Shown here in pieces: positions 7,877-17,430 of a DNA stretch of 64,000 nucleotides (positions are counted from its first letter, which is position 1; every line of letters starts with the position of its first letter). This stretch comes from Pseudomonadota bacterium (GTDB taxonomy: Bacteria > Pseudomonadota > Gammaproteobacteria > JAKAQQ01). A model generated the notes under the pieces. The model saw only the letters and a program-made list of their open reading frames with translations, searched no databases and was not told the DNA's origin. Position numbers and translations under genes: made by a program. The stretch covers positions 166,687-230,686 of the forward strand of contig JAJZYM010000002.1 in assembly GCA_021798115.1 (NCBI GenBank), in the 5' to 3' direction.

Positions 7877-10555
7877 ATGAATACGCCGAACACACCAAAA
7901 GAATCTGGACGGTGGACTCGCCGAATGCTCGTGGGAACCGTCATGTTCTCACGGCGTCGCGCGGGCTGGGTGACAGCACTGGCAACGGTCCTGGCTCTCG
8001 CCGGTCTCGTTTTTATCATCTCGAGCTTCAAAATTGATACCAGTGTATCCCGTCTTCTCTTTCGAAAAGGCGATTTCACGCACGTCAATGAGGAGCTTGT
8101 CCATGATTTCCCCTCGCTCGGACGGCGGATCATCATCGAGGTAGACAGCGACGAAGCATCTACGACAGTGCGGGCGGTCCTTGACATTGTCCAGATCCTC
8201 AAACTCCATCCTCGTTCCTATCCGTTTGTTTACGCCCCGACTTCCGAGCCCCTATTCAGGGAAGATGGCCTTTTGTACCTTTCGACCTCTCGTCTTCGAC
8301 AGGTTTTGGCACGCCTCACGAAGGCCGAACCCCTTTTGGGGACGCTCCAGGATAGCCCTAACATACGCGGCTACGCGCAGCTTCTTGGGGAGATTCTCCG
8401 TAACCTCCGGAAACTTCCCGCCCCGGAAAGACGGATGGTTGCCTCCATCGTCGACAGAGCCACCTTCGCGATGAATCGGAAGGCACAGAACTCACCTGGC
8501 GCGAGGGTTCCCTTGGCGCTTGAGAACACACTCCTTGGATCCTCATCACGGCTTGCGCAGGCGCATACGAGAACCGGTATCGTCATCGTATCTCTCCCAC
8601 GCACCGACAGCACCAGCGCCCGCCTGCGTGAAGCTGTTTCTCGCCTGAAATCCCTTCTTCGCAGTGACGCCCAACTTTTGCACACACACGCGCACTGGGC
8701 GTATACGGGTTCCGTCATTCTCAGTCTTGACCAGCTACGGGCGGTGACAAGCGGTACGGATCTTGCAACGCTGCTTTCTTTAGCCTTAAGCATCGTGATC
8801 CTGATCGTGGGGTTGCGTAGCGCCAGGCTTCTCCTGCCGATTTTGATCTGTTTGCTGATCGGCTTGATCGTGACCGCAGCGTTTGCCCTCGCGGTTCTTG
8901 GCCCCCTTAACCTGATCACTGTAGCGTTTGGCGTACTCTTTATCGGACTAGGGGTCGACTTCAGTATCCAGTTCTGCATTCGTCTGCAGGAAGAACTATC
9001 CAAGCAAGCCAGCGCGGACATGGCGTTTAGCGCCACTGCTTACCGGATCGGCTTCGCGCTCTTTCTGGCCGCTCTCGCGGCCGCCAGCTGTTTCTATGCC
9101 GTGATCCCCTCCGGTTATAGCGGTATTCGCGATCTCGGCATCATTGCCGGCACCGGTGCACTCATTGCGCTTGTCTTGAACCTTACTCTACTGCCCGCCC
9201 TTCTGACACTGTTCCGTGCGGGTCGCATCACAATTGCTCGCCCCCCTGTTCCGTTCGCCAAACTACCCGTCAAAAAGCTTGCCCGTCCCGTTTTTCTGTT
9301 TTCGCTTGTCATGCTGGCCATCTCGGTTGTCGTCATCCCGCGGCTCGAGTTCGATTTTGACCTAGCTCATCTCGAAAATCACAACACTTCTGCCTACCGT
9401 GTTCTTCATCGACTGGAAAGCAAACTGTCTTTCTCTCCGTATACCCTCGAAGCAATAGCACCGAATCTGGCGCAGGCGAACCGTTGGGCAGCCACACTCG
9501 GTCATCTCACATCGGTGGGTCGTGTCCTGACGCTCAGCAGTTATATTCCTGGGCATCAGAAAACAAAGATGGCGATGATATCGAATGTCGCACTGCTTTA
9601 TCCACCACCGTTGACCTCAACGCCTCCAGCCTCCTTGGCTCGCGATCCGCAACGAGACTGCCACGTTTTGCGGAGCTTGGGCCGCGAGGCTCGGCAACAA
9701 AGTCGAACCGCGCCTGTCTCGATGCGGGGGGTACTCGTCCGCTTCGCGAACGCAACAAGCTCGTCTTTCGGAAGTCGCTGTGCTCTCCCGGCGCTGGAAT
9801 CCTTGGATCGGCGCGCGGTTCTACCGTTGCTCGAGCTGAGTCGTGAAGTGGCCAGGCTGCTTAATCCGGTGCCCGTCACAATCCGTTCGCTTCCGGCAAC
9901 GATCCGTGAGGATTATCTCGCCCCCAACGGGAAAGCTCGTGTCGAAATCTTTTCACGGCTCGATCTTCACAAATCTCGGAACCTTCAGAAGTTTGTCTCG
10001 CAAGTCACACGTCTCATCCCTGACGTCGGTGGTACCCCCGTCCTGTTTGTTCGTGGTGGCAAAATCGTGACAACGGCTTTTCGTGAGGCCAGCCTTCTGG
10101 CTTTTCTTTTCATCATCATAGTTGTCAGCATTGTTCTACGGAATCTTCGCGATCTTTCCCTCACCATTGTTCCACTTGCTCTCAGTGTCAGCTTGACGCT
10201 GACCACGCTGTCTCTTCTAGGGATACAGTTCAACATCGCCAACATCATCGTTATCCCACTTTCTATCGGGTTGAGCGTGGCTTTTGGCATCTACATGATT
10301 CTGCGTTGGAAGAACAATCACTACGACATTCGGCAGGTGTTGCGCTCCAGTGTGCCCGAAGGAATTCTTGTCAGCGGCATGACGACGCTCCTCGTGTTTG
10401 GAACGCTGGTTTTGACTCCGAGTCCCGGTCTTTTTAGCCTGGGCATCACGCTGGTGATTGCGCTCTTTTGGACCCTCGTCAGCAGTCTTGTCATCCTTCC
10501 GCCGATGCTTTATATGGTCGAAGCCTCGATCCATCATCGGGGGACACAAACATGA
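7877..10555 (+). CDS. hpnN: RND/MMPL-type transporter, HpnN-like (copy 1).
   Basis: The protein is 892 aa with two 6-TM bundles. It shares conserved blocks with the copy inside the hpn cluster: LNLITVAFGVLFIGLGVDFSIQF vs FNLISVAFSVLFVGLGVDFGVQY, and NIANIIVIPLSIGLSVAFGIYMILRWKN vs NLANIIVLPLLLGLSLAYGIYFILRWRD. Confidence 0.8.
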   Translation: MNTPNTPKESGRWTRRMLVGTVMFSRRRAGWVTALATVLALAGLVFIISSFKIDTSVSRLLFRKGDFTHVNEELVHDFPSLGRRIIIEVDSDEASTTVRAVLDIVQILKLHPRSYPFVYAPTSEPLFREDGLLYLSTSRLRQVLARLTKAEPLLGTLQDSPNIRGYAQLLGEILRNLRKLPAPERRMVASIVDRATFAMNRKAQNSPGARVPLALENTLLGSSSRLAQAHTRTGIVIVSLPRTDSTSARLREAVSRLKSLLRSDAQLLHTHAHWAYTGSVILSLDQLRAVTSGTDLATLLSLALSIVILIVGLRSARLLLPILICLLIGLIVTAAFALAVLGPLNLITVAFGVLFIGLGVDFSIQFCIRLQEELSKQASADMAFSATAYRIGFALFLAALAAASCFYAVIPSGYSGIRDLGIIAGTGALIALVLNLTLLPALLTLFRAGRITIARPPVPFAKLPVKKLARPVFLFSLVMLAISVVVIPRLEFDFDLAHLENHNTSAYRVLHRLESKLSFSPYTLEAIAPNLAQANRWAATLGHLTSVGRVLTLSSYIPGHQKTKMAMISNVALLYPPPLTSTPPASLARDPQRDCHVLRSLGREARQQSRTAPVSMRGVLVRFANATSSSFGSRCALPALESLDRRAVLPLLELSREVARLLNPVPVTIRSLPATIREDYLAPNGKARVEIFSRLDLHKSRNLQKFVSQVTRLIPDVGGTPVLFVRGGKIVTTAFREASLLAFLFIIIVVSIVLRNLRDLSLTIVPLALSVSLTLTTLSLLGIQFNIANIIVIPLSIGLSVAFGIYMILRWKNNHYDIRQVLRSSVPEGILVSGMTTLLVFGTLVLTPSPGLFSLGITLVIALFWTLVSSLVILPPMLYMVEASIHHRGTQT

Positions 10556-11628
10556 ACGGGGCGTCGCGCTCCCCAATAACGAGGAGCATCCGTTCACGCT
10601 TTGGCCTCTTGATTCAGATGCTGGGCGTGGCGGGGGGACTGGCACTCACGGGTTTTTTGATCACTCATGTCCATATCGTTGCGCTTGAGCATGCTCTCTC
10701 CGAGATTGGATACGGCATCGTTTTTCTTGTCTTGCTGCATCTCGTCTCGATCCTCTTGGACTCACAGGCTTGGTACATTGCACTTCGCAGGCTACGCGCA
10801 CGACTCGGACGAGATCTTGTGGCCGGTGCTGCGTGCCTGCGCAATGCGGTACAAACCCTCGTGCCGCTAGGAGCCAGCGGCTTTATCTCCGGCTATCGCA
10901 CGTTGCGCCACCATCAGGTCTCACCCCATACCGCCCTCTCGAGCCTCATTTTTGAAACCACGATCACGACAGCCGGGGAACTTTTCCTGTTGCTTGCATC
11001 GGCCGTGATGGTTTTCCGAGGTGCGTCTCCGACGGAACGCTCCACTTTCCTTAATTACGCCCCATTGGCCATGTTTCTTGCTGTGGTACTGGCCGTGGCA
11101 CTTGTCCTTCAGCTACGCGGCAAGGTCTTCGATACTCTTGGCCGCGGCCTGGAAAAATTGGGTCCGGGCACCCGCCGCTCGTCATGGAGTCGCTTCCCTC
11201 GGCGAGTCAAACATGGACTCTGGCGTCTTTACCGGTCACCGGCCGTGTGGGGTTGGGGCTTTCTTTGGCAGCTGGCCAGCCTCTTTGTCGGCGCTGGTGC
11301 TGTCTGGTTGGCTTTCTCCCTGATTCATGCACAGGTCCCGTTCATGGATGCGGTTTTCTTTCTGTGTCTTGCGCGGGCGTTACGCTCCTTTGGGTTTTTG
11401 ATCCCTTCGGCCTGGGGCCTTCAGGAAGGGCTCTTCATCCTGCTCGCACCTTTGGCGGCCGTTTCGCCCACTGCCGGTCTGACGGTGTCGCTCATCCTTC
11501 GCGTTCGTGACTTTTTCTTTGCTTTTGCGACCGTTGCGGTCGGACGCTTTGCTCGGCGTGGGCATTCCGAAAAAATCTCTCCCCCGCCGCTTCCGGAGGG
11601 CGTCCGGGGTTCCTTGGTGGACGAGTGA
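10552..11628 (+). CDS. hpnL: Flippase-like / UPF0104 (LPG-synthase TM domain) membrane protein, HpnL-like (copy 1).
   Basis: It is polytopic with an RSIRSRFGLLIQMLGVAGGLAL N-terminus. ATG at 10552 overlaps the upstream TGA (ATGA), which argues for this start over the longer 10468 ORF. Confidence 0.7.
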   Translation: MNGASRSPITRSIRSRFGLLIQMLGVAGGLALTGFLITHVHIVALEHALSEIGYGIVFLVLLHLVSILLDSQAWYIALRRLRARLGRDLVAGAACLRNAVQTLVPLGASGFISGYRTLRHHQVSPHTALSSLIFETTITTAGELFLLLASAVMVFRGASPTERSTFLNYAPLAMFLAVVLAVALVLQLRGKVFDTLGRGLEKLGPGTRRSSWSRFPRRVKHGLWRLYRSPAVWGWGFLWQLASLFVGAGAVWLAFSLIHAQVPFMDAVFFLCLARALRSFGFLIPSAWGLQEGLFILLAPLAAVSPTAGLTVSLILRVRDFFFAFATVAVGRFARRGHSEKISPPPLPEGVRGSLVDE

Positions 11629-11632
11629 TTTC

Positions 11633-12904
11633 ATGAGTGCGCGCTACGATCTCAGCTACCAGCTCCGCCTCCTCCGCGCGCGGGCGTTGCGCCGTTCCTT
11701 CCGTGTAACCACCCCGATTTTCGATACGCTACGGTCTTCGTTCTCGACTTCCGTCTATGACGCGGAAGCCATGATCCTCAAGGCCCAGAGCCAGACAGGT
11801 CTTCGAGATTTTTTTACCCCTCCCCCGAAAGAAGCTCTCTCCGCGCTCCTGTCCTCGATACGCGCAAACAACACTTTGAACGCTATCGGGCGGACGGCCC
11901 TGCGCGTGGATGTTCTGCGTCTTTTGTCCAACCACCTTCGTCTGGTCGAATTGTGCCGGCAAAACCCCAACCTTGCACGTCAACCGATTTTTTCACCCGT
12001 GTTCATCATGGGGTTGCCGCGAACTGCAAGCACCTTTCTTCACTCCATGTTGATCCTGGACACCCGGCACCGAGCGCCCACGATTGCGGAGGTAACTTAC
12101 CCCTACTTTGCGCTCGCCTCCCCTCCGGGTAGCAACTTACGCATGCGTCGAGCTCTTCATTGGCTGGACGTTCTTGAGCCCGACTTCCAAAACGCATATC
12201 CGTCACACCCCAAATCACCGCAGGAATGCTCCGAGATTCTCAGCAACACCATGGAAAGTTTGCGTTTCGACAGCACTTACGACGTGCCTGAGTATCTGAC
12301 GTGGATGGATCAGCGCACACACACCGGTGCCTACGAGTTTCATCGTCGCTTTCTTCAATCTCTCGACCACGTCTCATCCGGGGAGAAGCGTTGGGTCCTG
12401 AAATGCCCGGACCACGTGTTCTATTACCAGGATCTTCTCCGGGTTTATCCTGACGCGCGCATCATCGTGACCCACAGGGATCCCGGTCGAGTGCTTCCTT
12501 CTGTGGCATCGTTGACGATGATCCTCCAGGGCCTGTTCAGCGATCGTGTCGATCCCGCGCGTGTCGCTCAGCGGGTTTTGGACCGTTGGATCCTCGGGGC
12601 GCGGCGAGTGATCGAAATCGCCGATTCCGAGCACGCACGTTCACAGAGAGTCCTGCATGTGGTTTACGACGAGCTCGTCCGGTCTCCCCTTCCGATGCTC
12701 GAGAAGATTTACCGGTTCCTCGAAACACCGTTTCATGAAACGACAGCATCCAAGGTTCGTGAGCACCTTGATCGCTCCGAAGTCGGCAGCTATCGGGCCA
12801 ACCGCTACAGTGAGCAATTTCAGAAGCTCCTCCCCGCTGCGCTCGTGCGCGAGCACTTCCGTGATTACCTTGCCCGCTTTGATTTGCGGGAAAGAGAAAA
12901 ATAA
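11633..12904 (+). CDS. Sulfotransferase family protein (Sulfotransfer_3-like, PAPS-dependent).
   Basis: It has a 5'-PSB-like motif (FIMGLPRTASTFLHSML) and a 3'-PB-like motif (IIVTHRDPGRVLPSVASL). ATG at 11633 lies 4 nt after the hpnL-like stop. Confidence 0.8.
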   Translation: MSARYDLSYQLRLLRARALRRSFRVTTPIFDTLRSSFSTSVYDAEAMILKAQSQTGLRDFFTPPPKEALSALLSSIRANNTLNAIGRTALRVDVLRLLSNHLRLVELCRQNPNLARQPIFSPVFIMGLPRTASTFLHSMLILDTRHRAPTIAEVTYPYFALASPPGSNLRMRRALHWLDVLEPDFQNAYPSHPKSPQECSEILSNTMESLRFDSTYDVPEYLTWMDQRTHTGAYEFHRRFLQSLDHVSSGEKRWVLKCPDHVFYYQDLLRVYPDARIIVTHRDPGRVLPSVASLTMILQGLFSDRVDPARVAQRVLDRWILGARRVIEIADSEHARSQRVLHVVYDELVRSPLPMLEKIYRFLETPFHETTASKVREHLDRSEVGSYRANRYSEQFQKLLPAALVREHFRDYLARFDLREREK

Positions 12905-12940
12905 TGAGGGGTTAGGGGGCACGGGTTCCGCTCAACATAC

Positions 12941-13249
12941 TCACGGGCCGCGCAGTTTGATCCGACCCGTGAGCATCTCTACGTACATCCGCCAGTCGCT
13001 GACAAAGCTCCAGAAAGGCGCACCAAAGGTGGCCGGTCGATTGTGCTCGAACACGTAATGCCCGATCCAGGCACATCCATAACCCAGGACCGGCGCAAGA
13101 ACGAGGAGCCACATCGAGAAAAGAAGCGAGAGGGCGATGTCGATGAGCACGAGGCTCGAACCAACGACATGAAGAAGGCGGCATCCGTATGTTGAGTGCT
13201 GTTTTAGATAATAAGAATAAAACTCTGAATACGATGAAAATTCTTTCAT
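12941..13249 (-). CDS. DUF962 (Mpo1-like) membrane protein.
   Basis: MKEFSSYSEFYSYYLKQHSTYGCRLLHVVG...GYGCAWIGHYVFEHNRPATFGAPFWSFVSDWRMY matches the DUF962 pattern. Confidence 0.7.
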   Translation of the reverse strand: MKEFSSYSEFYSYYLKQHSTYGCRLLHVVGSSLVLIDIALSLLFSMWLLVLAPVLGYGCAWIGHYVFEHNRPATFGAPFWSFVSDWRMYVEMLTGRIKLRGP

Positions 13250-13744
13250 ACTCTGGCGCTCCAAAATCACTTCGTCTCAGAAGATTACCAGAACATGGCA
13301 ACAAGCCCCTGCCTTCGGGCATGCGGATAGCGTGCACAAGGCGCACGCCGATGCCTAAGCTGATGAATATTCGGGACTGCTATGGGCACGGCTGTCCGCT
13401 GGGTCTTGAGATTCCGATGGGCGGGCCGATGAACCCGCCCCTGAATCCGGCAAGCCAAGCTGCCGCGCAAGCGGCAGCGTAACGCGAACGGGAACTTCCC
13501 GGCTTGAGACGTGGGAAGGTTCTACGAAGGTTTCATACTTCAGCGAGCCGTTTGTTGGATAGGCCGCATAGACCACTGGATGGGCTCTGTTTGGTCATAA
13601 CCAGATATCCACCACGCGGGGCCTTCTTGCGCGGCCTACGTAGTCTCATTTTTTTCTTTTTTGGGTGAATTTAGGAGAAGCTCAGAAACCTTTGGTACTC
13701 ATTCGATCTTTGAGGAGGCCATGCGGGTTTAGCTCATCAGGTCC

Positions 13745-14150
13745 GGGATCTTCAGCACCCGCAAGTGTGTAAAAATCATGCCCCGCCTCGCGCAGACCCG
13801 GCACGGCTTCCGCGGCCAACTCGGCGCCGAGCGCGACAAACCAGGTAGTCCGCATCGAGGATCTCGCCGGATACCGCGACGCGGCGGGCTTCGGGATCGA
13901 TTTTCTCCACCTCGCCGAGGCGCACCTGGAGGCCCTTGCGCTGCAGCCGGGCGAGTGGCTGCTGGATGGATACGGCCTTGCGCAGCCCTACCATCAGCCA
14001 CGGCAGCGATGGCGCGTAGAGGTGCTCGCGTTTCCGATCGACGAGCACGACGCGATGGGTACATGGAAGGCGCCTGCGCAGCGCGCTGGCGGCGACGAGA
14101 CCACCCACGCCGTCGCCGAGGACGACGACTACTGTCTTGGCAGCATCCAT
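13745..14150 (-). pseudogene. N-terminal remnant of an FAD-dependent sulfide:quinone/flavocytochrome-c-type oxidoreductase. It is frameshifted near 13835-13842 and 3'-truncated near 13745.
   Basis: Frame 1 reads MDAAKTVVVVLGDGVGGLVAASAL...EILDADYLV and then becomes nonsense. A shift of one nt restores ALGAELAAEAVPGLREAGHDFYTLAGAE. After that, similarity to the family pattern ends and a stop follows at 13682. Roughly 150 of an expected ~400 aa remain. Confidence 0.6.
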
Positions 14151-14500
14151 CAGAACACCAGCGTCTTATCGGCCCACTGCGTCCACGCGACGAGCTGCTC
14201 CATCGTGCTACGCGGCGCGCCTTCGATCAGCTCCGTGGCGGCGATGCCGCGGGCGTCGATGCAAGTGCCACACACGCCGACTTCGCCGCCATGGCGGACG
14301 ATCATGCCCAGCATGTCGCCGATGTTGTAGTAGCCCGGCGCCACTTTCTGTCCAGCCTTGGCACAAGCCACCGCATCGCCGATCAGAAACAGCTTCACCT
14401 CCTCGCTGCCGGTCTTGAGCATCTGCCGGGCGAGTCGCAGAGCGTTGTAGCTGCGCTCGCTGCCGTAGGGAGCATCGTTGAGTACGAAGAGAGTTTTCAT
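14150..14500 (-). CDS. DsrE/DsrF/TusD-like sulfur-relay family protein.
   Basis: MKTLFVLNDAPYGSERSYNALRLA...LFLIGDAVACAK...VCGTCIDARG is typical of the DsrE fold. Its stop overlaps the start of the downstream pseudogene by 1 nt. Confidence 0.8.
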   Translation of the reverse strand: MKTLFVLNDAPYGSERSYNALRLARQMLKTGSEEVKLFLIGDAVACAKAGQKVAPGYYNIGDMLGMIVRHGGEVGVCGTCIDARGIAATELIEGAPRSTMEQLVAWTQWADKTLVF

Positions 14501-14583
14501 TGTGCCTCCACGGGGTTGGGACCCAGTGCATCCTATGCATTCTACGTGAACCCCTCCGACCCCTCACTGGGCGAATGTCTTGG

Positions 14584-14618
14584 TTGACAACGGGCTTTAA
14601 TCAGGACTAGAATAGTCC
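14584..14618 (+). promoter_or_regulatory. Candidate sigma70 promoter of the Rrf2-suf operon with an overlapping inverted repeat (putative Rrf2 operator).
   Basis: TTGACA lies at 14584-14589, followed by an 18-nt spacer and TAGAAT at 14608-14613. The inverted repeat GGACTA-gaa-TAGTCC (14604-14618) overlaps the -10 element, 22 nt upstream of the Rrf2 ATG. Confidence 0.5.
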
Positions 14619-14639
14619 AGTATTGAAGCGATCGCCCCT

Positions 14640-15227
14640 ATGCTCAGACTCCGACGGCTTACCGACTACGGCACCGTGATCCTCGCCCAGCTAGCGGCAA
14701 TGCGAGGGGGATGGATGACTGTCTCCTCGATTGCTCAGGCGACGAGGCTTCCGGAGGCTACGGTGGGCAAGCTTCTCAAGCAATTAACCCATCAAGGCCT
14801 TGTGGTTTCACAGCGTGGAACCCATGGTGGGTATCGGCTCTCACGCGATCCGACGGACATCTCGGCGCTCGAAATCCTGGAATCCCTTGAAGGCAGTGTG
14901 GCGGTCACGGAATGCAGCCTCGGGAACCTCGGCTGCAACCATGCCGGCTACTGCCGTGTCCGAACACCGTGGCAAACGATCAACGAGGCCATTCGACGCA
15001 CTCTCGTGGGCATCACACTCGCCGAACTCGCGGCCGCCTTGCCCATTCCCGCGCTTTACATGAGCCGCTCAGCTCCCCTCTCCAAGAATGCTCTCCCCGG
15101 TGTCGCTCAGGACGAATCGACGGCTCACGAACCCGAGCAATCTCGTTCCGCCACCGCCCCATCACGCCATCGCCCTGCCCTTCCGTCCGGAGCACAAGAC
15201 AGCAACCGTGAACACGTCCACCGATGA
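14640..15227 (+). CDS. Rrf2-family transcriptional regulator (SUF/IscR-type, Cys-ligated Fe-S sensor).
   Basis: It has an N-terminal wHTH ([18 protein letters not shown]...[21 protein letters not shown]...[11 protein letters not shown]) and three Cys ([15 protein letters not shown]). It sits directly upstream of sufB. Confidence 0.85.
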   Translation: MLRLRRLTDYGTVILAQLAAMRGGWMTVSSIAQATRLPEATVGKLLKQLTHQGLVVSQRGTHGGYRLSRDPTDISALEILESLEGSVAVTECSLGNLGCNHAGYCRVRTPWQTINEAIRRTLVGITLAELAAALPIPALYMSRSAPLSKNALPGVAQDESTAHEPEQSRSATAPSRHRPALPSGAQDSNREHVHR

Positions 15228-16659
15228 GCTGACGCCGCTTCTTCAGCGCGGCTACGAAGCGGGTTTCGTCACCGATATTGAGACGGATCAGTCCCCGCCG
15301 GGACTGTCCGAGGAGGTGATCACCCGTCTTTCGGAGACCAAAAAAGAGCCACGTTATCTTCTTGACTGGCGTCTCCAGGCCTACCGCGCCTGGATCGGGA
15401 TGCAAGAACCCCACTGGTCGATCGCCACCTATCCTCCGATCGACTATCAGGCCATCAGTTACTACGCCGCCCCGCGAAGTGTCGATCCCAAGCGACCCAA
15501 ATCTCTCGACGAGGTCGACCCTCGCCTTCTCGAAACGTACCGCAAGCTCGGCGTCCCGTTGCACGAACAGGCGGCCCTCGCCGGGGTGGCCATGGACGCC
15601 GTCTTCGACAGCGTCTCCGTCGCCACAACGTTCCGGGAAACACTGAAGAAAGCGGGAGTAATTTTTTGCCCCTTTTCAGAGGCGGCCATCGAATATCCTG
15701 AGCTTGTACACCAATACCTGGGGAGCGTCGTTCCTTTCCGCGACAATTTCTTTGCCGCGCTCAACTCGGCGGTCTTCAGCGACGGATCTTTCGTCTACGT
15801 TCCCCCGGGTGTCCGCTGCCCGATGGAACTCTCCACCTATTTTCGGATCAACGCAGCCAAGACGGGGCAGTTCGAGAGAACATTGATCATTGCCGATCGT
15901 GGCTCCTACGTCAGCTATCTTGAGGGCTGCACAGCCCCCATGCGTGACGAAAACCAGCTCCACGCCGCGGTGGTTGAACTCGTGGCCCTGGAAGGCGCCG
16001 AAATTCGCTATGCCACCGTGCAGAACTGGTACCCCGGTGACGAGGAGGGGCGCGGCGGGATTTATAATTTCGTCACGAAGCGCGGCGATTGTCGAGGAGC
16101 CCGATCCAAGATCTCGTGGACCCAAGTTGAAACGGGCTCGGCGATCACATGGAAATATCCGAGTTGCATTCTGCGCGGCGACGAGTCTATCGGGGAGTTC
16201 TACTCAGTCGCACTCGCCCGCCACCGCCAGCAGGCTGACACAGGAACAAAGATGATTCACATGGGGCGACGTACACGAAGCGTCGTGATATCGAAGGGAA
16301 TTTCGGCGGGCCATGGCCGCAACGCCTATCGTGGCATGGTGCGGATGGCCCCCACCGCTCTCCATGCGCACAACTACACGCGCTGCGACTCACTCCTGAT
16401 CGGCCCCCACTCGCAGGCGTACACGATCCCGGTCCTCGAGGTGCGTCATCCCTCGGCACGTATCGAACATGAGGCGACGACGTCCAAGATTGCCGACGAT
16501 CAGATTTTTTACTGCCGACAGCGTGGGCTGGACGAGGAAACGGCTGTCCACCTGCTCGTCAATGGGTTCTGCCGCGAAGTCTTTCAAAAGCTGCCGCTAG
16601 AGTTCGCTGTCGAGGCCCAGAAACTGATAGCCGTCAGTCTGGAAGGAGCCGTCGGATGA
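15208..16659 (+). CDS. sufB: Fe-S cluster assembly scaffold SufB.
   Basis: [23 protein letters not shown]..., ...[19 protein letters not shown], ...[13 protein letters not shown]. The in-frame GTG at 15208 gives a typical ~480-aa length; the longer ORF begins at 15088. Confidence 0.93.
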   Translation: MNTSTDELTPLLQRGYEAGFVTDIETDQSPPGLSEEVITRLSETKKEPRYLLDWRLQAYRAWIGMQEPHWSIATYPPIDYQAISYYAAPRSVDPKRPKSLDEVDPRLLETYRKLGVPLHEQAALAGVAMDAVFDSVSVATTFRETLKKAGVIFCPFSEAAIEYPELVHQYLGSVVPFRDNFFAALNSAVFSDGSFVYVPPGVRCPMELSTYFRINAAKTGQFERTLIIADRGSYVSYLEGCTAPMRDENQLHAAVVELVALEGAEIRYATVQNWYPGDEEGRGGIYNFVTKRGDCRGARSKISWTQVETGSAITWKYPSCILRGDESIGEFYSVALARHRQQADTGTKMIHMGRRTRSVVISKGISAGHGRNAYRGMVRMAPTALHAHNYTRCDSLLIGPHSQAYTIPVLEVRHPSARIEHEATTSKIADDQIFYCRQRGLDEETAVHLLVNGFCREVFQKLPLEFAVEAQKLIAVSLEGAVG

Positions 16660-17423
16660 ACAATGAACAGCCTCTCCTGGACGTCCGAAATCTCTGGATC
16701 AAGGCCCAGGATCAATTCATCCTGAACGGCCTCGATCTCCAGATCAGGCCCGGGGAAGTGCATGCCATCATGGGCCCGAACGGCTCCGGTAAGAGCACTC
16801 TCGTTCAGAGTCTTGCGGGGCACCCGGGCTACACCATCGAGAAGGGAGAGATCTCGTTCGACGGCGAGGATCTCTTGACGTTGACACCAGAGGAACGGGC
16901 CCGGCGCGGGCTTTTCCTTGCCTTCCAGTATCCCGTCGAAATTTCCGGCCTCGGCAACGGCTACTTCCTCAAAGCGGCGGTCAACGCCGTCCGCGAAGCC
17001 CGGGGCCAGATCCCCTATGACGCCGTCGAATTCCTCAAGGCCTTCCGCGAGCTCGCTCCGCTTGTCGGCCTCGGGCAGGATTTTCTCGAGCGGGGCGTCA
17101 ACGCCGGCTTTTCCGGAGGGGAGAAGAAGCGCAACGAAATCCTCCAGATGCTCCTTCTCGAGCCTCGCCTCGCGCTCCTCGACGAAACGGATTCGGGGCT
17201 CGATGTCGATGCTCTCAAGCTGGTTGCCCGCGGAGTCAACGCCACCCGCTCCAAAGACCGGAGCATCGTGCTCGTCACTCACTACCAACGTTTGCTCGAT
17301 TACATCGATCCCGATGTTGTCCACGTCCTGATCAAAGGGCGGATCGTGCGCTCGGGAACACGGGAACTCGCGCATGAGATCGAGCGGGGGGGTTACGAGC
17401 CTCTTCTTGCGACCATGGCTTGA
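16656..17423 (+). CDS. sufC: Fe-S cluster assembly ATPase SufC.
   Basis: It has a Walker A motif (GPNGSGKST), an ABC signature ([13 protein letters not shown]) and a Walker B motif ([12 protein letters not shown]). Confidence 0.95.
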   Translation: MNNEQPLLDVRNLWIKAQDQFILNGLDLQIRPGEVHAIMGPNGSGKSTLVQSLAGHPGYTIEKGEISFDGEDLLTLTPEERARRGLFLAFQYPVEISGLGNGYFLKAAVNAVREARGQIPYDAVEFLKAFRELAPLVGLGQDFLERGVNAGFSGGEKKRNEILQMLLLEPRLALLDETDSGLDVDALKLVARGVNATRSKDRSIVLVTHYQRLLDYIDPDVVHVLIKGRIVRSGTRELAHEIERGGYEPLLATMA

Positions 17424-17430
17424 AACGTTG

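Noticed and set aside
13189-13576. ORFs of 97 aa (plus) and 73 aa (minus) in the junction region.
   Set aside because: They overlap each other and the DUF962 gene's 5' end, and have no motifs. The region is dominated by hairpins and a T-tract, so it is more plausibly non-coding.
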